DNA of 64,000 nucleotides from an uncultured virus (IMG/VR IMGVR_UViG_3300031420_000005) (lineage: Duplodnaviria > Heunggongvirae > Uroviricota > Caudoviricetes), in IMG/VR virus record IMGVR_UViG_3300031420_000005, one strand, 5' to 3'. Under the pieces are notes generated by a model that worked only from the letters and a program-made list of their open reading frames with translations, ran no database searches and was not told the origin of the DNA. Below are positions 38,000 through 47,658 of the stretch, one piece after another. The position numbers were made by a program, and so were the translations under genes. Each line of letters opens with the position of its first letter. The stretch's first letter is position 1.

Positions 38000-38704
38000 A
38001 TGGTATCAGACCATGCACTCAAGCTCGCTATCCGGGAGCGCCTCGAGCGCTACAATCGCAACGCTGTTCGAGCTGATCTACCTCCCATGAGCTACACGCA
38101 GATGCGAGCTCGCGTCCTTTCCGGTATGCACCTCTCCCTGGAAGAGATGACTCCTCTTCGCCAAGAGCAAGTCGCAGCAGGAGCGGCGGCCCTGGAATCC
38201 GGCCGTGATCTCATCATCTGTGGATCGACGGGGTCCGGCAAGACGACAATTGCACAGGCTGTGAACAACCGCACAAAGGGTGGACTCTACATCGCAGGCT
38301 CCTACCTGGAGTATGGCAAAGAGCTCCAGGGTTCAAACCACCTAGAGTGGGGAGAAGAGCTCAGTGGCTCAACCTATCTAGAATGGGATAGCGAGGAACC
38401 TAAGGTGAGAAGAGTTCGAGAGGCCAGTGCTCTCTGCATAGATGAAGTCATGGGTCACAAGGAGCTGGGGATCTCTCTACTGGCAGCTGATAAGCCGCTA
38501 GCGGTTGTGGTTCACGCCATGAAGCCCAGCGATGCAAGGCTCCGGCTAGAATACATCGGACTCGAGAGGGACTGGAATGATCCGGTGATCCTCTTCTGCC
38601 GCTATGAGGATCGACTCAATGACGAGCAGAGACAGGAACTCTGGGATCGAGAGGATCGAGAACTCCTCGAAAAAAGGAGCATTCCCGCGATAGTCAATGG
38701 GTAG
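38000..38704 (+). CDS. N-terminal basic-tag P-loop ATPase (PilT/VirB11-like fragment)
   Basis: Start MVSDHALKLAIRER; Walker A GSTGSGKTT, Walker B LCIDEV, VVH. Confidence 0.7.
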   Translation: MVSDHALKLAIRERLERYNRNAVRADLPPMSYTQMRARVLSGMHLSLEEMTPLRQEQVAAGAAALESGRDLIICGSTGSGKTTIAQAVNNRTKGGLYIAGSYLEYGKELQGSNHLEWGEELSGSTYLEWDSEEPKVRRVREASALCIDEVMGHKELGISLLAADKPLAVVVHAMKPSDARLRLEYIGLERDWNDPVILFCRYEDRLNDEQRQELWDREDRELLEKRSIPAIVNG

Positions 38705-38746
38705 CCGAAGCATGGAGCTTCGGGCGTAGCTATCAAGGAGTGCACC

Positions 38747-39118
38747 ATGTTCGCCAGCGAAGAAGACATCAGAGAAGCGGCCCTGCAGCGGCCCTATCGG
38801 GAGCTCCCAGCCGAGAAGTTAGCCAACCTACTGGAGGCCTTCGAGGAGTTCCTTCCCGCACTGGCGAACTACAGCCACTCCAGTGAGAACCTCATCGCCG
38901 AGTTCCCCGAGGAGCATCGCACGGACAGCCTTCGATCAGCCCTGGAGACAGATGAGCCCGAGGTGAGCTTCACGATCTACGAGATCCTCCTCGAGGCCTC
39001 GATCCGGATCCGCAACACGGGCACATCGCTCTGGCCGAGCTACCAGGACTGGAGTGAGCGAGGACTGTTCTTCGGCTTCGATGGAGAGGATCTCGACCAC
39101 GGCCTTTCGGTGGGCTAG
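38747..39118 (+). CDS. hypothetical protein
   Basis: SD AAGGAG. Confidence 0.7.
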   Translation: MFASEEDIREAALQRPYRELPAEKLANLLEAFEEFLPALANYSHSSENLIAEFPEEHRTDSLRSALETDEPEVSFTIYEILLEASIRIRNTGTSLWPSYQDWSERGLFFGFDGEDLDHGLSVG

Positions 39119-39213
39119 CACTCACCCCGAAACTCAGGCCGACAGCAAGGGCCCGGAAGGGAGCATCATCGCTTCGAACCGGGCCCTCTTTGCTGTGCGA
39201 GCGCCGGCTGCGC

Positions 39214-39795
39214 CTAGACGAGCTCGCCGAGCTGAAGAATCTCTCCCGGAGCATCGTAGGCGTCAAGGACTCGATCCCGAAGCACCAGTGCGTAGCTCGT
39301 CTCCTCAGCATCGATGCCGAGCTCTCTCAGGCTGAACTCACCGTTCCGATAGGCTTCGGTGAGCTCTCGAGCCTCTTCGCTGAGGGGCGACTGGTAGTAG
39401 TGGGTGGCCTCGGCCAGGGCCTGCGGGCTCACGAGGAGCGCCGCGGAGTCGAGCTCGATGCGGCCTCCGATGAGCCCGTGGCGCTGAAGGAAGTCCAGAT
39501 CCTGCTCTCCGAGCTCCTCATCGGTGCGCAGTGCGACACCGTGGTGGAATCCGTGGGAGTAGCCCTGGAGCTGTGCGCTGTCCAGGAGCTCGCTGTAGCG
39601 ATTGTAGCTGGGAAGGTCGATGATCTCTCCGTTGGGAAGAGCGATGCGACCCTCTTCCTCGAGCTCCGGCTCGAACTGAGATGGCCAGAGGCCGTTCTCG
39701 ACGGCGTTGTCTGCGGTGTAGATCAGGTTGTAGGTTCCTGGCTCCAGGTTCACAGCGAAGCCAGCTTGGATGAGTCGTTCTCGTAGATTGGTCAT
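39214..39795 (-). CDS. hypothetical protein (probably leaderless)
   Basis: TAGCAT-agctcc-ATG on minus strand, codon bias. Confidence 0.7.
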   Translation of the reverse strand: MTNLRERLIQAGFAVNLEPGTYNLIYTADNAVENGLWPSQFEPELEEEGRIALPNGEIIDLPSYNRYSELLDSAQLQGYSHGFHHGVALRTDEELGEQDLDFLQRHGLIGGRIELDSAALLVSPQALAEATHYYQSPLSEEARELTEAYRNGEFSLRELGIDAEETSYALVLRDRVLDAYDAPGEILQLGELV

Positions 39796-39970
39796 GGAGC
39801 TATGCTACCGAGGGTGGTCCCGAATCAGCGGTTCGATCGGCAGAAAGTTCGAAGGCTTCGACGCTCTAGCCTGTCGACCGTTGCAAGGAGAGCGAAGTTC
39901 ATGTACAGTGGTGCTGACAGTTCTCAACAGCAGATCGGCGTCCATTAGCGCCGGGGCGAAGGATTCCACC

Positions 39971-40630
39971 GTGAGCGGAGCACTCGTGCTAACCCACGGC
40001 CTTCCTGGAGCCGGAAAGTCCTCCCTGGCGGACTTCCTCCAGGCGCGCTACGGCACCATCGTGAGCATCGCCGAACGGGACGAGATTCGCCTCGAGCTAT
40101 TCGGCACCGAGTACTTCATCCTCGACCAGTACCTTCCGGTCAACGAGGATCGAGTCACCGAGATCCAGCACGCCCGCATCCGGGAAGAGCTCGCTCGAGG
40201 GCAGCTCGTCGTGGCGTCCGATACCAACCTCAATCCGCGCCGCATCCGGGAGCTCGTCTCCATCGCCCGAGAGTTCGACGCTCCAGTCTTCGATCTCCAC
40301 CTGGACATCTCTCAGGCGGAAGCCAAGGCCCGCAACGAGCATCGGGCTGAGGGCGGTGGAAGGCTGGTGCCTCAGGATGTGATCGATGACATGGCTGTCT
40401 ACGGCTACTCGGGTGAGCGCATTCGTCACTTCTCGGTGCGCTTCGACACCACGCTTCCCGAGGGCTTCGAGGTGCTCATCCGGGATCGCCGGGAAGATGA
40501 CCTGGAGCTCCTCCAGGAGATCGCCGTCCTCGACCGCTTCCTCGAGTCCTACGACCGGCCGACTCCAGGGCTGTCTTCAGGGCCGAACGCCTCCACCACG
40601 ACCTCTCCCGAAAGTATCAGGATCCAGTGA
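39971..40630 (+). CDS. P-loop kinase, polynucleotide-kinase-like (AAA_33 type)
   Basis: GLPGAGKS, RDEIR, DTNLN, RNEHR...VPQDVI. Confidence 0.8.
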   Translation: MSGALVLTHGLPGAGKSSLADFLQARYGTIVSIAERDEIRLELFGTEYFILDQYLPVNEDRVTEIQHARIREELARGQLVVASDTNLNPRRIRELVSIAREFDAPVFDLHLDISQAEAKARNEHRAEGGGRLVPQDVIDDMAVYGYSGERIRHFSVRFDTTLPEGFEVLIRDRREDDLELLQEIAVLDRFLESYDRPTPGLSSGPNASTTTSPESIRIQ

Positions 40631-41112
40631 ACTTCATTCCTCAGACCTCGCCGAGCCTGCCACTCATGTGGGTGGCCATCGTCGTCTTCGTTCTAGCCGC
40701 AGCCGGGAGTGTCGCTGTCAATCTCGTGGCTGAGAAGCGTAGGTCTCGAAGCGCTCTGCCCGATGTGATCAGCGCACTGGGCGCCGTGCTCACCGGTTTC
40801 TCTGTAATCTTCGCCATCGCCATGGGTGCTCCCTCGCACTCCACTCAACTACCACCCTTCAGGGAGCAGGTGCAGGAGCGATACGGCTTAGAGCTCACCC
40901 CTGAGCAGTTCAATGTGCTCGAGTACCCGGCGAACTCTCCGAAGAAGGGGTTGCAAACCTACGGCGCCACCGTCGTCGAGGAGAAGGTCGAGGGCAACCT
41001 CTACCGGAAGCAGAAGGTGCAGCTCATCTCCGAAGATGGCAAGCTGAAGCTCGCTCACTACGAGGAGGGGAAGGGCTTCGAGGAGCTCCCCAGGAAGGGT
41101 ACAAACCGATGA
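40627..41112 (+). CDS. 2-TM protein, family M2 (1 of 6)
   Basis: MNFI, two TM segments, YGL.L...LEYP...YG...GK..LA...F.EL. Confidence 0.8.
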   Translation: MNFIPQTSPSLPLMWVAIVVFVLAAAGSVAVNLVAEKRRSRSALPDVISALGAVLTGFSVIFAIAMGAPSHSTQLPPFREQVQERYGLELTPEQFNVLEYPANSPKKGLQTYGATVVEEKVEGNLYRKQKVQLISEDGKLKLAHYEEGKGFEELPRKGTNR

Positions 41113-41624
41113 ACTACATCCCCGTTCGGAGCTTTGACTTCGAGAATCCAGTTGTCACAGTAGCCGGAGTCGTTCTCCTGTTCGCCCTGGGCCTGCTGGT
41201 GCTCTTTCTCTGGCTGTTCGCTCGAGCTGATGGCAGGAAGCGAGAGCGAACCACGGTGATCTTCTCCCGCCTGGCTACTGGATCTGGAGCTGTCGCTGCC
41301 CTAGCATTAGTCGTGGCTTCGGCCGTCATGGGCTACGATTTCCTGGGTTTCAACAGGTTCAGCGAGCGCAGCCATGCCGTGCAGGCGCAGATCGAGAAGG
41401 ACTACGATCTCAAGCTCAGCCGCATGGAGTTCCACGACCTGAGCTACCCGGATTTCAGGCCTCAGGAGGACTTCGCGGTCTACGGCTCGATCCAGAAGAA
41501 CCTACCCCTCGCTCAGGGTGCCTACAGGAGCGCGAAGCTCTCCCTGGTCTGGTCGGAGGGCAAGTTCTACCTCTCCGAGTCCACCAACGGCGAGGACTTC
41601 ACTCCCCTGAAGCCCAAGGGTTGA
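41109..41624 (+). CDS. 2-TM protein, family M2 (2 of 6)
   Basis: LSYP, LVWSEGK, STNGEDFTPL. Confidence 0.8.
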   Translation: MNYIPVRSFDFENPVVTVAGVVLLFALGLLVLFLWLFARADGRKRERTTVIFSRLATGSGAVAALALVVASAVMGYDFLGFNRFSERSHAVQAQIEKDYDLKLSRMEFHDLSYPDFRPQEDFAVYGSIQKNLPLAQGAYRSAKLSLVWSEGKFYLSESTNGEDFTPLKPKG

Positions 41625-41674
41625 CAGCGACTCACTGAAACATTTATACAGCATTCTAGAATTGGACATATGAA

Positions 41675-42169
41675 ATGAACTACATCGAACGAGTCGGCGT
41701 CAATGTTCCCCTGGGCCTAGGCTTCTTCGGCCTGGCGGCCGTCGCACTGATCGCCCTAGTGGTGGTCTTTCTGGTCGAGAACAGGCGAACCAAGGGTGAC
41801 TGGTCTGGCAAGAGCTTCGCTGTGTTCTGTGTGCTCCTCGGCGTCACTGCGTGCAGCGTTGTGACCGGGTCCATCCTCACTGCCTCGACCACCAACATTG
41901 CCCGTGACAGTCAGAAGGAAGCCCTCAAGGAGCAGGTGAAGGAAACCTATGGACTTACGCTGCGAGATGATCAGCTCGCGAAGCTCAAGTACCCCGGAGA
42001 TCGGCCCCAGGGCGGCACTCAGTCCTTCGGTGCCTTCGAGCAGACCTCGATGGTGGGCGACGGCAAGTTCCTCAAGCGCGAGATCACCCTGGTTTGGGTG
42101 GACGGTAAGATGGTGCTCGCCGAATCCACCAACGGCGAGGACTTCACTCCTCTGGAGTCTAGGAGCTAA
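41675..42169 (+). CDS. 2-TM protein, family M2 (3 of 6)
   Basis: LKYP, LVWVDGK, STNGEDFTPL. Confidence 0.8.
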   Translation: MNYIERVGVNVPLGLGFFGLAAVALIALVVVFLVENRRTKGDWSGKSFAVFCVLLGVTACSVVTGSILTASTTNIARDSQKEALKEQVKETYGLTLRDDQLAKLKYPGDRPQGGTQSFGAFEQTSMVGDGKFLKREITLVWVDGKMVLAESTNGEDFTPLESRS

Positions 42170-42171
42170 GC

Positions 42172-42657
42172 ATGAACTTCATTCACCTGGAAACAGCCCC
42201 AGAGCCGACGAGCTTCGTCATCTTCTGGATCATCGCAGCCCTGATTGGCCTGGCAGCTATCGGCCTCATCGTCTACGCACTCTGGAGGGACGCTACTCTA
42301 CTCATCATGCTCGTCCCGGCCTTCTTCGTGGGATTGGGTCTCTTGATCGTAGTCGATTCTCTTCAGGACAGCGCCAACGATGATCTTCGTCGGGATCAGC
42401 TCAAGGCTGTCCATGCTCAGATCGAGGATCACTATGGAATCGATCTGGAGAAGGGCGAGCTCGCAGCGCTGCACTACCCCAAGTCGAAGCCCAGGGGCAA
42501 CTTCAAGGGCTACGGCTCCTTCGAGCAGACTGTTGCAGCTGAATCCGGCGAGGGCTTCGTCCAGCGGAAGATTGTCCTCGCCTGGCAGAACGGGAAGATG
42601 GTGCTCGGCCAGTCCACCAACGGCGAGAACTTCGCTCCCCTGAAGGCCAAGAGCTAA
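42172..42657 (+). CDS. 2-TM protein, family M2 (4 of 6)
   Basis: LHYP, LAWQNGK, STNGENFAPL. Confidence 0.8.
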   Translation: MNFIHLETAPEPTSFVIFWIIAALIGLAAIGLIVYALWRDATLLIMLVPAFFVGLGLLIVVDSLQDSANDDLRRDQLKAVHAQIEDHYGIDLEKGELAALHYPKSKPRGNFKGYGSFEQTVAAESGEGFVQRKIVLAWQNGKMVLGQSTNGENFAPLKAKS

Positions 42658-42659
42658 CC

Positions 42660-42860
42660 ATGATTGCACCTCTCTACTGGTCGCTAGTCGCCATTCTGCT
42701 CCTGGTATCAATCGTGCTGATCTCAATGCTCGCCGACAATGCCTTCAATCAGCGTCGAACTCCGTGGATACCCTACCCTCTCAGGGTGCTGTTCACGGTG
42801 ACCTTCTACCTGATGATCGCTACTGTCTTCATCTTGCTTTTGGCCGTTGATCCGACCTAA
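42660..42860 (+). CDS. small membrane protein
   Basis: Two hydrophobic segments. Confidence 0.6.
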   Translation: MIAPLYWSLVAILLLVSIVLISMLADNAFNQRRTPWIPYPLRVLFTVTFYLMIATVFILLLAVDPT

Positions 42861-42891
42861 CAAAACTAGAACACGAAATGAGAAATCTGAA

Positions 42892-43455
42892 ATGAAGTTC
42901 ATCGAACTGACCTACGGAGACAGCACGCTCTCCACCGTGCTCTTCGTGATTGCAGGAATCGCTTTCCTCACATTGATGGTGATGATCTTCCTCGCAGGCT
43001 CTAAGATCATTGACTTCTCACCCCTGACCAACACGCTCTTCGTAGTTCTCATGGTCGTTGCCATCTCATCGGCCACTTGGGCTACCCTGAGCATGCCATC
43101 GGGCTACGAGGCGCGTAGGGAGCAGCTCAATGAAGTCAAGGGCGAGATCCAGGACCGCTATGGAATCGGCCTGTCGAAGGATGAGGTCAGGGAGCTCGAC
43201 TACCCGATGGCTGAGCCCGAGAAGGACTTCGAGGTCTTCGGCACGGTGACCCGGAATGTGGCGCTCAAGGATGGCTTTGAGCGCCAGGAGATCTCGCTGC
43301 TCTGGCGGGATGGACGCTTCGAGCTCGCTCAGTCCAACGACGGCCAGGGCTTCACCGCTCTGAAGCCCCGGGGCGATGAAGAGCACGGTTCGGTGAGCGA
43401 TGAGCCCTTCTTCGCTCCAGGCTCCGCTGCCGCCGAGAAGACCAGCGACGACTGA
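42892..43455 (+). CDS. 2-TM protein, family M2 (5 of 6)
   Basis: Start MKFI; LDYP, LLWRDGR, SNDGQGFTAL. Confidence 0.8.
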   Translation: MKFIELTYGDSTLSTVLFVIAGIAFLTLMVMIFLAGSKIIDFSPLTNTLFVVLMVVAISSATWATLSMPSGYEARREQLNEVKGEIQDRYGIGLSKDEVRELDYPMAEPEKDFEVFGTVTRNVALKDGFERQEISLLWRDGRFELAQSNDGQGFTALKPRGDEEHGSVSDEPFFAPGSAAAEKTSDD

Positions 43456-43493
43456 TCCATGACGGATTCCCGGGAATGATGTAGGATAGCACC

Positions 43494-43778
43494 ATGAGCA
43501 TGGACAGACTGACTGCAGCTGCAGCCGAGCTGGATGGACAGGCACCCCTGACGCCCCTCGGGAGCTATCTCGTGGTCACCCTGGGGATCCTCACGATCAC
43601 CGCCGTGCTCGTGGTGCTCATGGGCGCCGGGAAGCGTCCCACCAGCGGCAGGAAGTTCCTCGCTGCTGGACTCTTCGCCCTGGGGATCCTCCTCGTCTTC
43701 GGAGGGCTCATCGCGGGTAGCCCCAACTCGATCTTCGCCCGGGATCCTGCGGTGGCGGCCATCGCCATGATCCTCTAG
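43494..43778 (+). CDS. small membrane protein (probably leaderless)
   Basis: TAGGAT-agcacc-ATG; hydrophobic. Confidence 0.65.
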   Translation: MSMDRLTAAAAELDGQAPLTPLGSYLVVTLGILTITAVLVVLMGAGKRPTSGRKFLAAGLFALGILLVFGGLIAGSPNSIFARDPAVAAIAMIL

Positions 43779-43824
43779 CCCCAGCACTCCTTCAGCTTAG
43801 CTCAACTCCACAGAAAGTAGCACC

Positions 43825-44274
43825 ATGGACTTCGTTGGCTACGATCTCAACCCCATCTTCTACATCGCCCTGGCAGGACTCATCATCGGCTTTGTGCTTT
43901 TCATGGGCACCCTGTTCATCGATGGTCCCGGTCCTCTAGCCATCGGGGGCTTCTTGCTCATCATCGCTTCGCTCATCGGTGGATTCCTCCTTCCGGACGG
44001 CACTGAGAACTGGTCTAAGGATGCGAGAGCCGAGATCAAGGATCACTACGGGCTGACGCTCTCCGAGAAGCAGTTCGACAGGCTCAAGTATCCGAAGCAG
44101 AAGGAAGAGCCCGAGGGGGACTTCGAGCAGTACGGATCTGTCACCGTGGTGAAGCCAGATGGAGACAGGAGCTTCGAGAAGACCGAGGTCTACCTCCTCT
44201 GGAGCGACGGCGAGATGGTGCTCGCCGCACCCGACGAGCAGAGGAAGCTTCAGCCCCTGAAGGCTCGAGACTGA
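43825..44274 (+). CDS. 2-TM protein, family M2 (6 of 6)
   Basis: MDFV; HYGLTL, LKYP, LLWSDGE, PLKAR. Confidence 0.8.
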   Translation: MDFVGYDLNPIFYIALAGLIIGFVLFMGTLFIDGPGPLAIGGFLLIIASLIGGFLLPDGTENWSKDARAEIKDHYGLTLSEKQFDRLKYPKQKEEPEGDFEQYGSVTVVKPDGDRSFEKTEVYLLWSDGEMVLAAPDEQRKLQPLKARD

Positions 44275-44276
44275 CC

Positions 44277-44468
44277 GTGGAGCGGGATGATCGGCTCCAG
44301 GGTGGTATGAACCTGACGAGCCACTGGGATCGAGGCGACGGGAAACCCGCCTGTGGCGCTGAGATCTACGATGTCCGACCCCATTACTTTCCAGACAATG
44401 TGACCTGTCCAGACTGCAGGAAGATCGCCGAAGAGGAGCGAGAGCGCCATGAGCAAGAACGCGGCTAA
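44277..44468 (+). CDS. small putative Zn-binding protein
   Basis: H..C...TCPDC. Confidence 0.5.
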   Translation: MERDDRLQGGMNLTSHWDRGDGKPACGAEIYDVRPHYFPDNVTCPDCRKIAEEERERHEQERG

Positions 44469-44628
44469 CCGAGGACCTCAGTTCCGAGGTGAGCCCGATC
44501 TGGAGACCCTCCGGGAGGTCATTCGCTACATCGACAAGACCACTGCGGTCACATGGACTGGCCCCGGAGGCGTCAAGGAGCGCCTCGAGGCCGTGATTCG
44601 GGAACATGACACGGACGAAAAGTCCTAG
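44449..44628 (+). CDS. small hypothetical protein
   Basis: Hand translation MSKNAANRG... 59 aa, SD AGGAG. Confidence 0.5.
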   Translation: MSKNAANRGPQFRGEPDLETLREVIRYIDKTTAVTWTGPGGVKERLEAVIREHDTDEKS

Positions 44629-44652
44629 GGGCTTAGGAAGGCAGGTAGCATC

Positions 44653-45012
44653 GTGACGGCACTCATGTTTCTGGTGATCGCTGGTATAGGCGGTGCGGCT
44701 CTAGCAAACATCATCGTCAAGAGCACCCTCGGCGGGGACTCGTCCTCCACTGCTCGCTTCAAAGGCTACCTCAGACAGGTCGAAGAGGAACAGCTGCGGA
44801 GGCTAGAGTTCGGATCTCACCCTGAGGAAGAGCGCTCCAGCGAGGATGCGCCAAAGCAGCCTAGGGCTGGAGAGAGCTCCGGGCTCAGGTCGAGACTCCA
44901 GGGCGCACTGGAGTCCCTGGATCGGCCAGAGCCCGAAGCCGGGACGAGCGATTCGGTACCAGAGCCGAAGGAAACCACTGACCCCACCACCGAGGACAGG
45001 ACAGACAGATGA
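44653..45012 (+). CDS. membrane-anchored hypothetical protein
   Basis: N-terminal TM segment. Confidence 0.6.
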   Translation: MTALMFLVIAGIGGAALANIIVKSTLGGDSSSTARFKGYLRQVEEEQLRRLEFGSHPEEERSSEDAPKQPRAGESSGLRSRLQGALESLDRPEPEAGTSDSVPEPKETTDPTTEDRTDR

Positions 45013-45611
45013 TCGTAGTCGACGAGAAGAGCACCGAGCTCCTCCACGGCGAAAGAGCCTCCACAGATCTCGAGCGAAGCGCCGGTGGCGCATTGGCAGT
45101 AAGTTCCGGCTCAGGATCTGCAGTGGCAAAGCCTCCGAAGCCCACTGGAGGAAGGCTCTCGAATCTAGGCTATTCCCTGGGTAAGAACCTCTTCGGCATC
45201 ATCCTAGGGGTCGCTGTGATCAGCGGAGTAGCTGCCGTGGGAGCCATGGCTCTTGCTGCTATGCAGGCGAGCCAGAACAGCTCGCTGATGAGGATCTACG
45301 CTCAGAACATCTCCTCTGCGGTGGACTTCAACGGTGCTGAGCTTCCGGGATCCACTGAGGTTTCTGGAGAGTTCAGCGACCTCACGGGTGGCACCGTCGA
45401 GCTCAAGGACCCCGAGACTGGGAAGATCGTCGGTAGCGCATCGGTGGCCGGAGAGCCGACCTACGGAGACGCTGCTCGAAGCTTCGAGATCCACGGCACA
45501 CTGGATGACTACCAGGTGGACTTCGAGATCAGCAAGAGCTCGCCGGTGACCTACCACTTCGATCCCGACACTCTGGCCGTGACCAAGACCACCGAGAGCG
45601 AAGGTCTGTGA
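45009..45611 (+). CDS. single-TM protein
   Basis: Central hydrophobic helix, coupled. Confidence 0.7.
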   Translation: MIVVDEKSTELLHGERASTDLERSAGGALAVSSGSGSAVAKPPKPTGGRLSNLGYSLGKNLFGIILGVAVISGVAAVGAMALAAMQASQNSSLMRIYAQNISSAVDFNGAELPGSTEVSGEFSDLTGGTVELKDPETGKIVGSASVAGEPTYGDAARSFEIHGTLDDYQVDFEISKSSPVTYHFDPDTLAVTKTTESEGL

Positions 45612-45612
45612 G

Positions 45613-45900
45613 ATGATCCTATTCGGCGGGAAGCAGGAGCCTTCAGCCACTGCTGAGGTGAGCACAGAGCCCGTTCAGGCCGCTGATTTCTCTCGGGTAG
45701 CACCCTACTCTGAGCTCTCAGTGCAGTCAGACTTCGGTAGGGAGCTGAAGCAGGCACAGACCGAAGATCGCTCCGAGCTGAAGCCAGCTCCAGGGCCCAA
45801 GAAGTCTCGCCTAGCTCCGGAGGTAGTTGCTGAGCTGGTCCTCTTGATCGGAGTCCTCGCGGCACCGCCCGCCCTGTTTCTCATCTCCCTATTCTTTTAG
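45613..45900 (+). CDS. C-terminally anchored membrane protein
   Basis: MILFGG start, C-terminal TM segment. Confidence 0.6.
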   Translation: MILFGGKQEPSATAEVSTEPVQAADFSRVAPYSELSVQSDFGRELKQAQTEDRSELKPAPGPKKSRLAPEVVAELVLLIGVLAAPPALFLISLFF

Positions 45901-45929
45901 CCCTATCCGACAGACAGAGAGTCCACACC

Positions 45930-46295
45930 ATGAGAACAGTCTATCCCATCGACAGCGCTGAGCTTCGTGCTGAGATGATCGACAGCATCCGTGCGCTGCC
46001 CGATCACCTCACAGCGCTTTTCACCAGGGACACCCGGAATCGGATCGCAGAGAGGCAGGATCCCCAGAGGCTCCTCGACCGGACCGCCGAAACCAACTAC
46101 TTCGACGGGGCTCACCTCACAGATGACCAGGGCACCGTCTACGAGACCCTGAACTTCAACATCCAGAGCGTCTACACCATCGATGGAGACACCTGGGTCT
46201 CGGGCAACGAGTTCCGGATCAACCACACTGCCTACGCCAACTACCTCGTGGAGATCCTCGAGGAAGCAGTCGGCTCTCTGGAAGCTAGGGACTGA
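45930..46295 (+). CDS. hypothetical protein
   Basis: Codon bias. Confidence 0.7.
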   Translation: MRTVYPIDSAELRAEMIDSIRALPDHLTALFTRDTRNRIAERQDPQRLLDRTAETNYFDGAHLTDDQGTVYETLNFNIQSVYTIDGDTWVSGNEFRINHTAYANYLVEILEEAVGSLEARD

Positions 46296-46297
46296 CC

Positions 46298-46540
46298 ATG
46301 CTATCGGCGTTGGGTGCAGCGCTAGCAGTCGTCGCAGAAGAAGGTCCAAGCAAGGGCTACCTAGAGTACCAGGATCAAATGGGCCACCTTGCAGTGCTCT
46401 TCTGGGTGGCAGTAGGATCGATCTTACTGGTAATCGTGGCTGTCTTTGTCCTAGTAGTCTGGCTCGTCACCCGAAAACTGGACACAGAAGACTCCGGAAG
46501 AACTGAACCTCTCAAATCCACAGAGGGAGAACAGCCATGA
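46298..46540 (+). CDS. small membrane protein
   Basis: One TM segment. Confidence 0.55.
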   Translation: MLSALGAALAVVAEEGPSKGYLEYQDQMGHLAVLFWVAVGSILLVIVAVFVLVVWLVTRKLDTEDSGRTEPLKSTEGEQP

Positions 46541-46986
46541 TTCTCGGACCTGCAGGTGGAATAGCGGTATTGCTGTGGTTTGTGCTCATGGGCATCTGGC
46601 TTGTCGGATCCATCCTCGGGATGAACTGGGCTACGATGTCGGGGAACCGTAACCCCGAGCTCAACAGGAAGATCCGTGCCAACCGTAAGGTCCTCCGAGC
46701 TCGAGAGCGCTGCCTCGCTGAGAATCTGGGAGGGATGAGCTACGGTCCCTACCGGGGAGAGCTCCTCAACAGCCTGAGGGCAGTATTGCTCACAGAGGGT
46801 GCCTGGAATGCGCTCAGTGGAGGGAGTACCGGTCGCCTCATCGACCGGAAGATCGAGAACGAGCTCTGGGATCTTCGGGTAGATCGGGTCGAGCTCATCT
46901 CAGCCGTCTGCGAGGTAGGCCGGGATTGGAAGGCCGCGGTGGGATCACTGAAGCTGGAGCCCGTCTCCGGCTCGATCCGCCAGTAG
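46537..46986 (+). CDS. membrane-anchored hypothetical protein
   Basis: N-terminal TM segment, coupled. Confidence 0.65.
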   Translation: MILGPAGGIAVLLWFVLMGIWLVGSILGMNWATMSGNRNPELNRKIRANRKVLRARERCLAENLGGMSYGPYRGELLNSLRAVLLTEGAWNALSGGSTGRLIDRKIENELWDLRVDRVELISAVCEVGRDWKAAVGSLKLEPVSGSIRQ

Positions 46987-47077
46987 CCCAAGGGTCTAAG
47001 CCGATCAGCCCGTCGAATCGGGCCGACTGCGATGGTACTGTGAAACTCAGTGCACACCAACCGAAGGAGTAAGCGGA

Positions 47078-47656
47078 ATGCTTGACTACAACATGCATGA
47101 GCGTGTGCTCATCCTCGAGGGAGAGCACGCTGGTCGCTACGGCCTCGTGGAGGGTCCTCACCTCACCGACCCCTACGCTCTCTACATCCTGCCGGACGGC
47201 TCAGAGGATGTGGTGCTCCTCTCCTCCCTGCACTTCCTCTCGGTTGATCCTCGGGGCAAGCGTCCCTATGTGGCCGAGCAGAAGCGCCGGGACTTTGCGG
47301 CCACCGGAAGGTACGAGGACATCCTCCAGCGTGATCCCTACGATGAGGCCGTAGTCAAGGTGCCCCGGGCCTTCCTGGAGCGAATCCTCGAAGAGGGCTA
47401 CACCGAGCAGGACGAGCTCGAGGTCATGGCGCTCCTGGCCAAGGGTGCTCGCAGGGACGACCTCAAGGAGGGCACCATCAACCTCGCGCTGGCGGACACG
47501 ATTCGAGGCACGCTGCAGACAGCTCCTCAGTCCTATGTGCGGGACTACTGCATCGAGGAGCTCGACGCTCTCCTTGCGCCCATCGACGAGGAAGTGGCCG
47601 CTCAGGCTGGTCCCGGCCGGGGAGACCGGCCTCAGCCTAAGGATCGAGGAGAGTAA
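47078..47656 (+). CDS. hypothetical protein
   Basis: SD AAGGAG. Confidence 0.75.
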   Translation: MLDYNMHERVLILEGEHAGRYGLVEGPHLTDPYALYILPDGSEDVVLLSSLHFLSVDPRGKRPYVAEQKRRDFAATGRYEDILQRDPYDEAVVKVPRAFLERILEEGYTEQDELEVMALLAKGARRDDLKEGTINLALADTIRGTLQTAPQSYVRDYCIEELDALLAPIDEEVAAQAGPGRGDRPQPKDRGE

Positions 47657-47658
47657 CC

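Noticed and set aside
40627..44274. Diversity-generating retroelement behind the six-gene array
   Set aside because: No reverse transcriptase and no template/variable repeat pair with adenine-specific differences; the C-termini are the conserved part.
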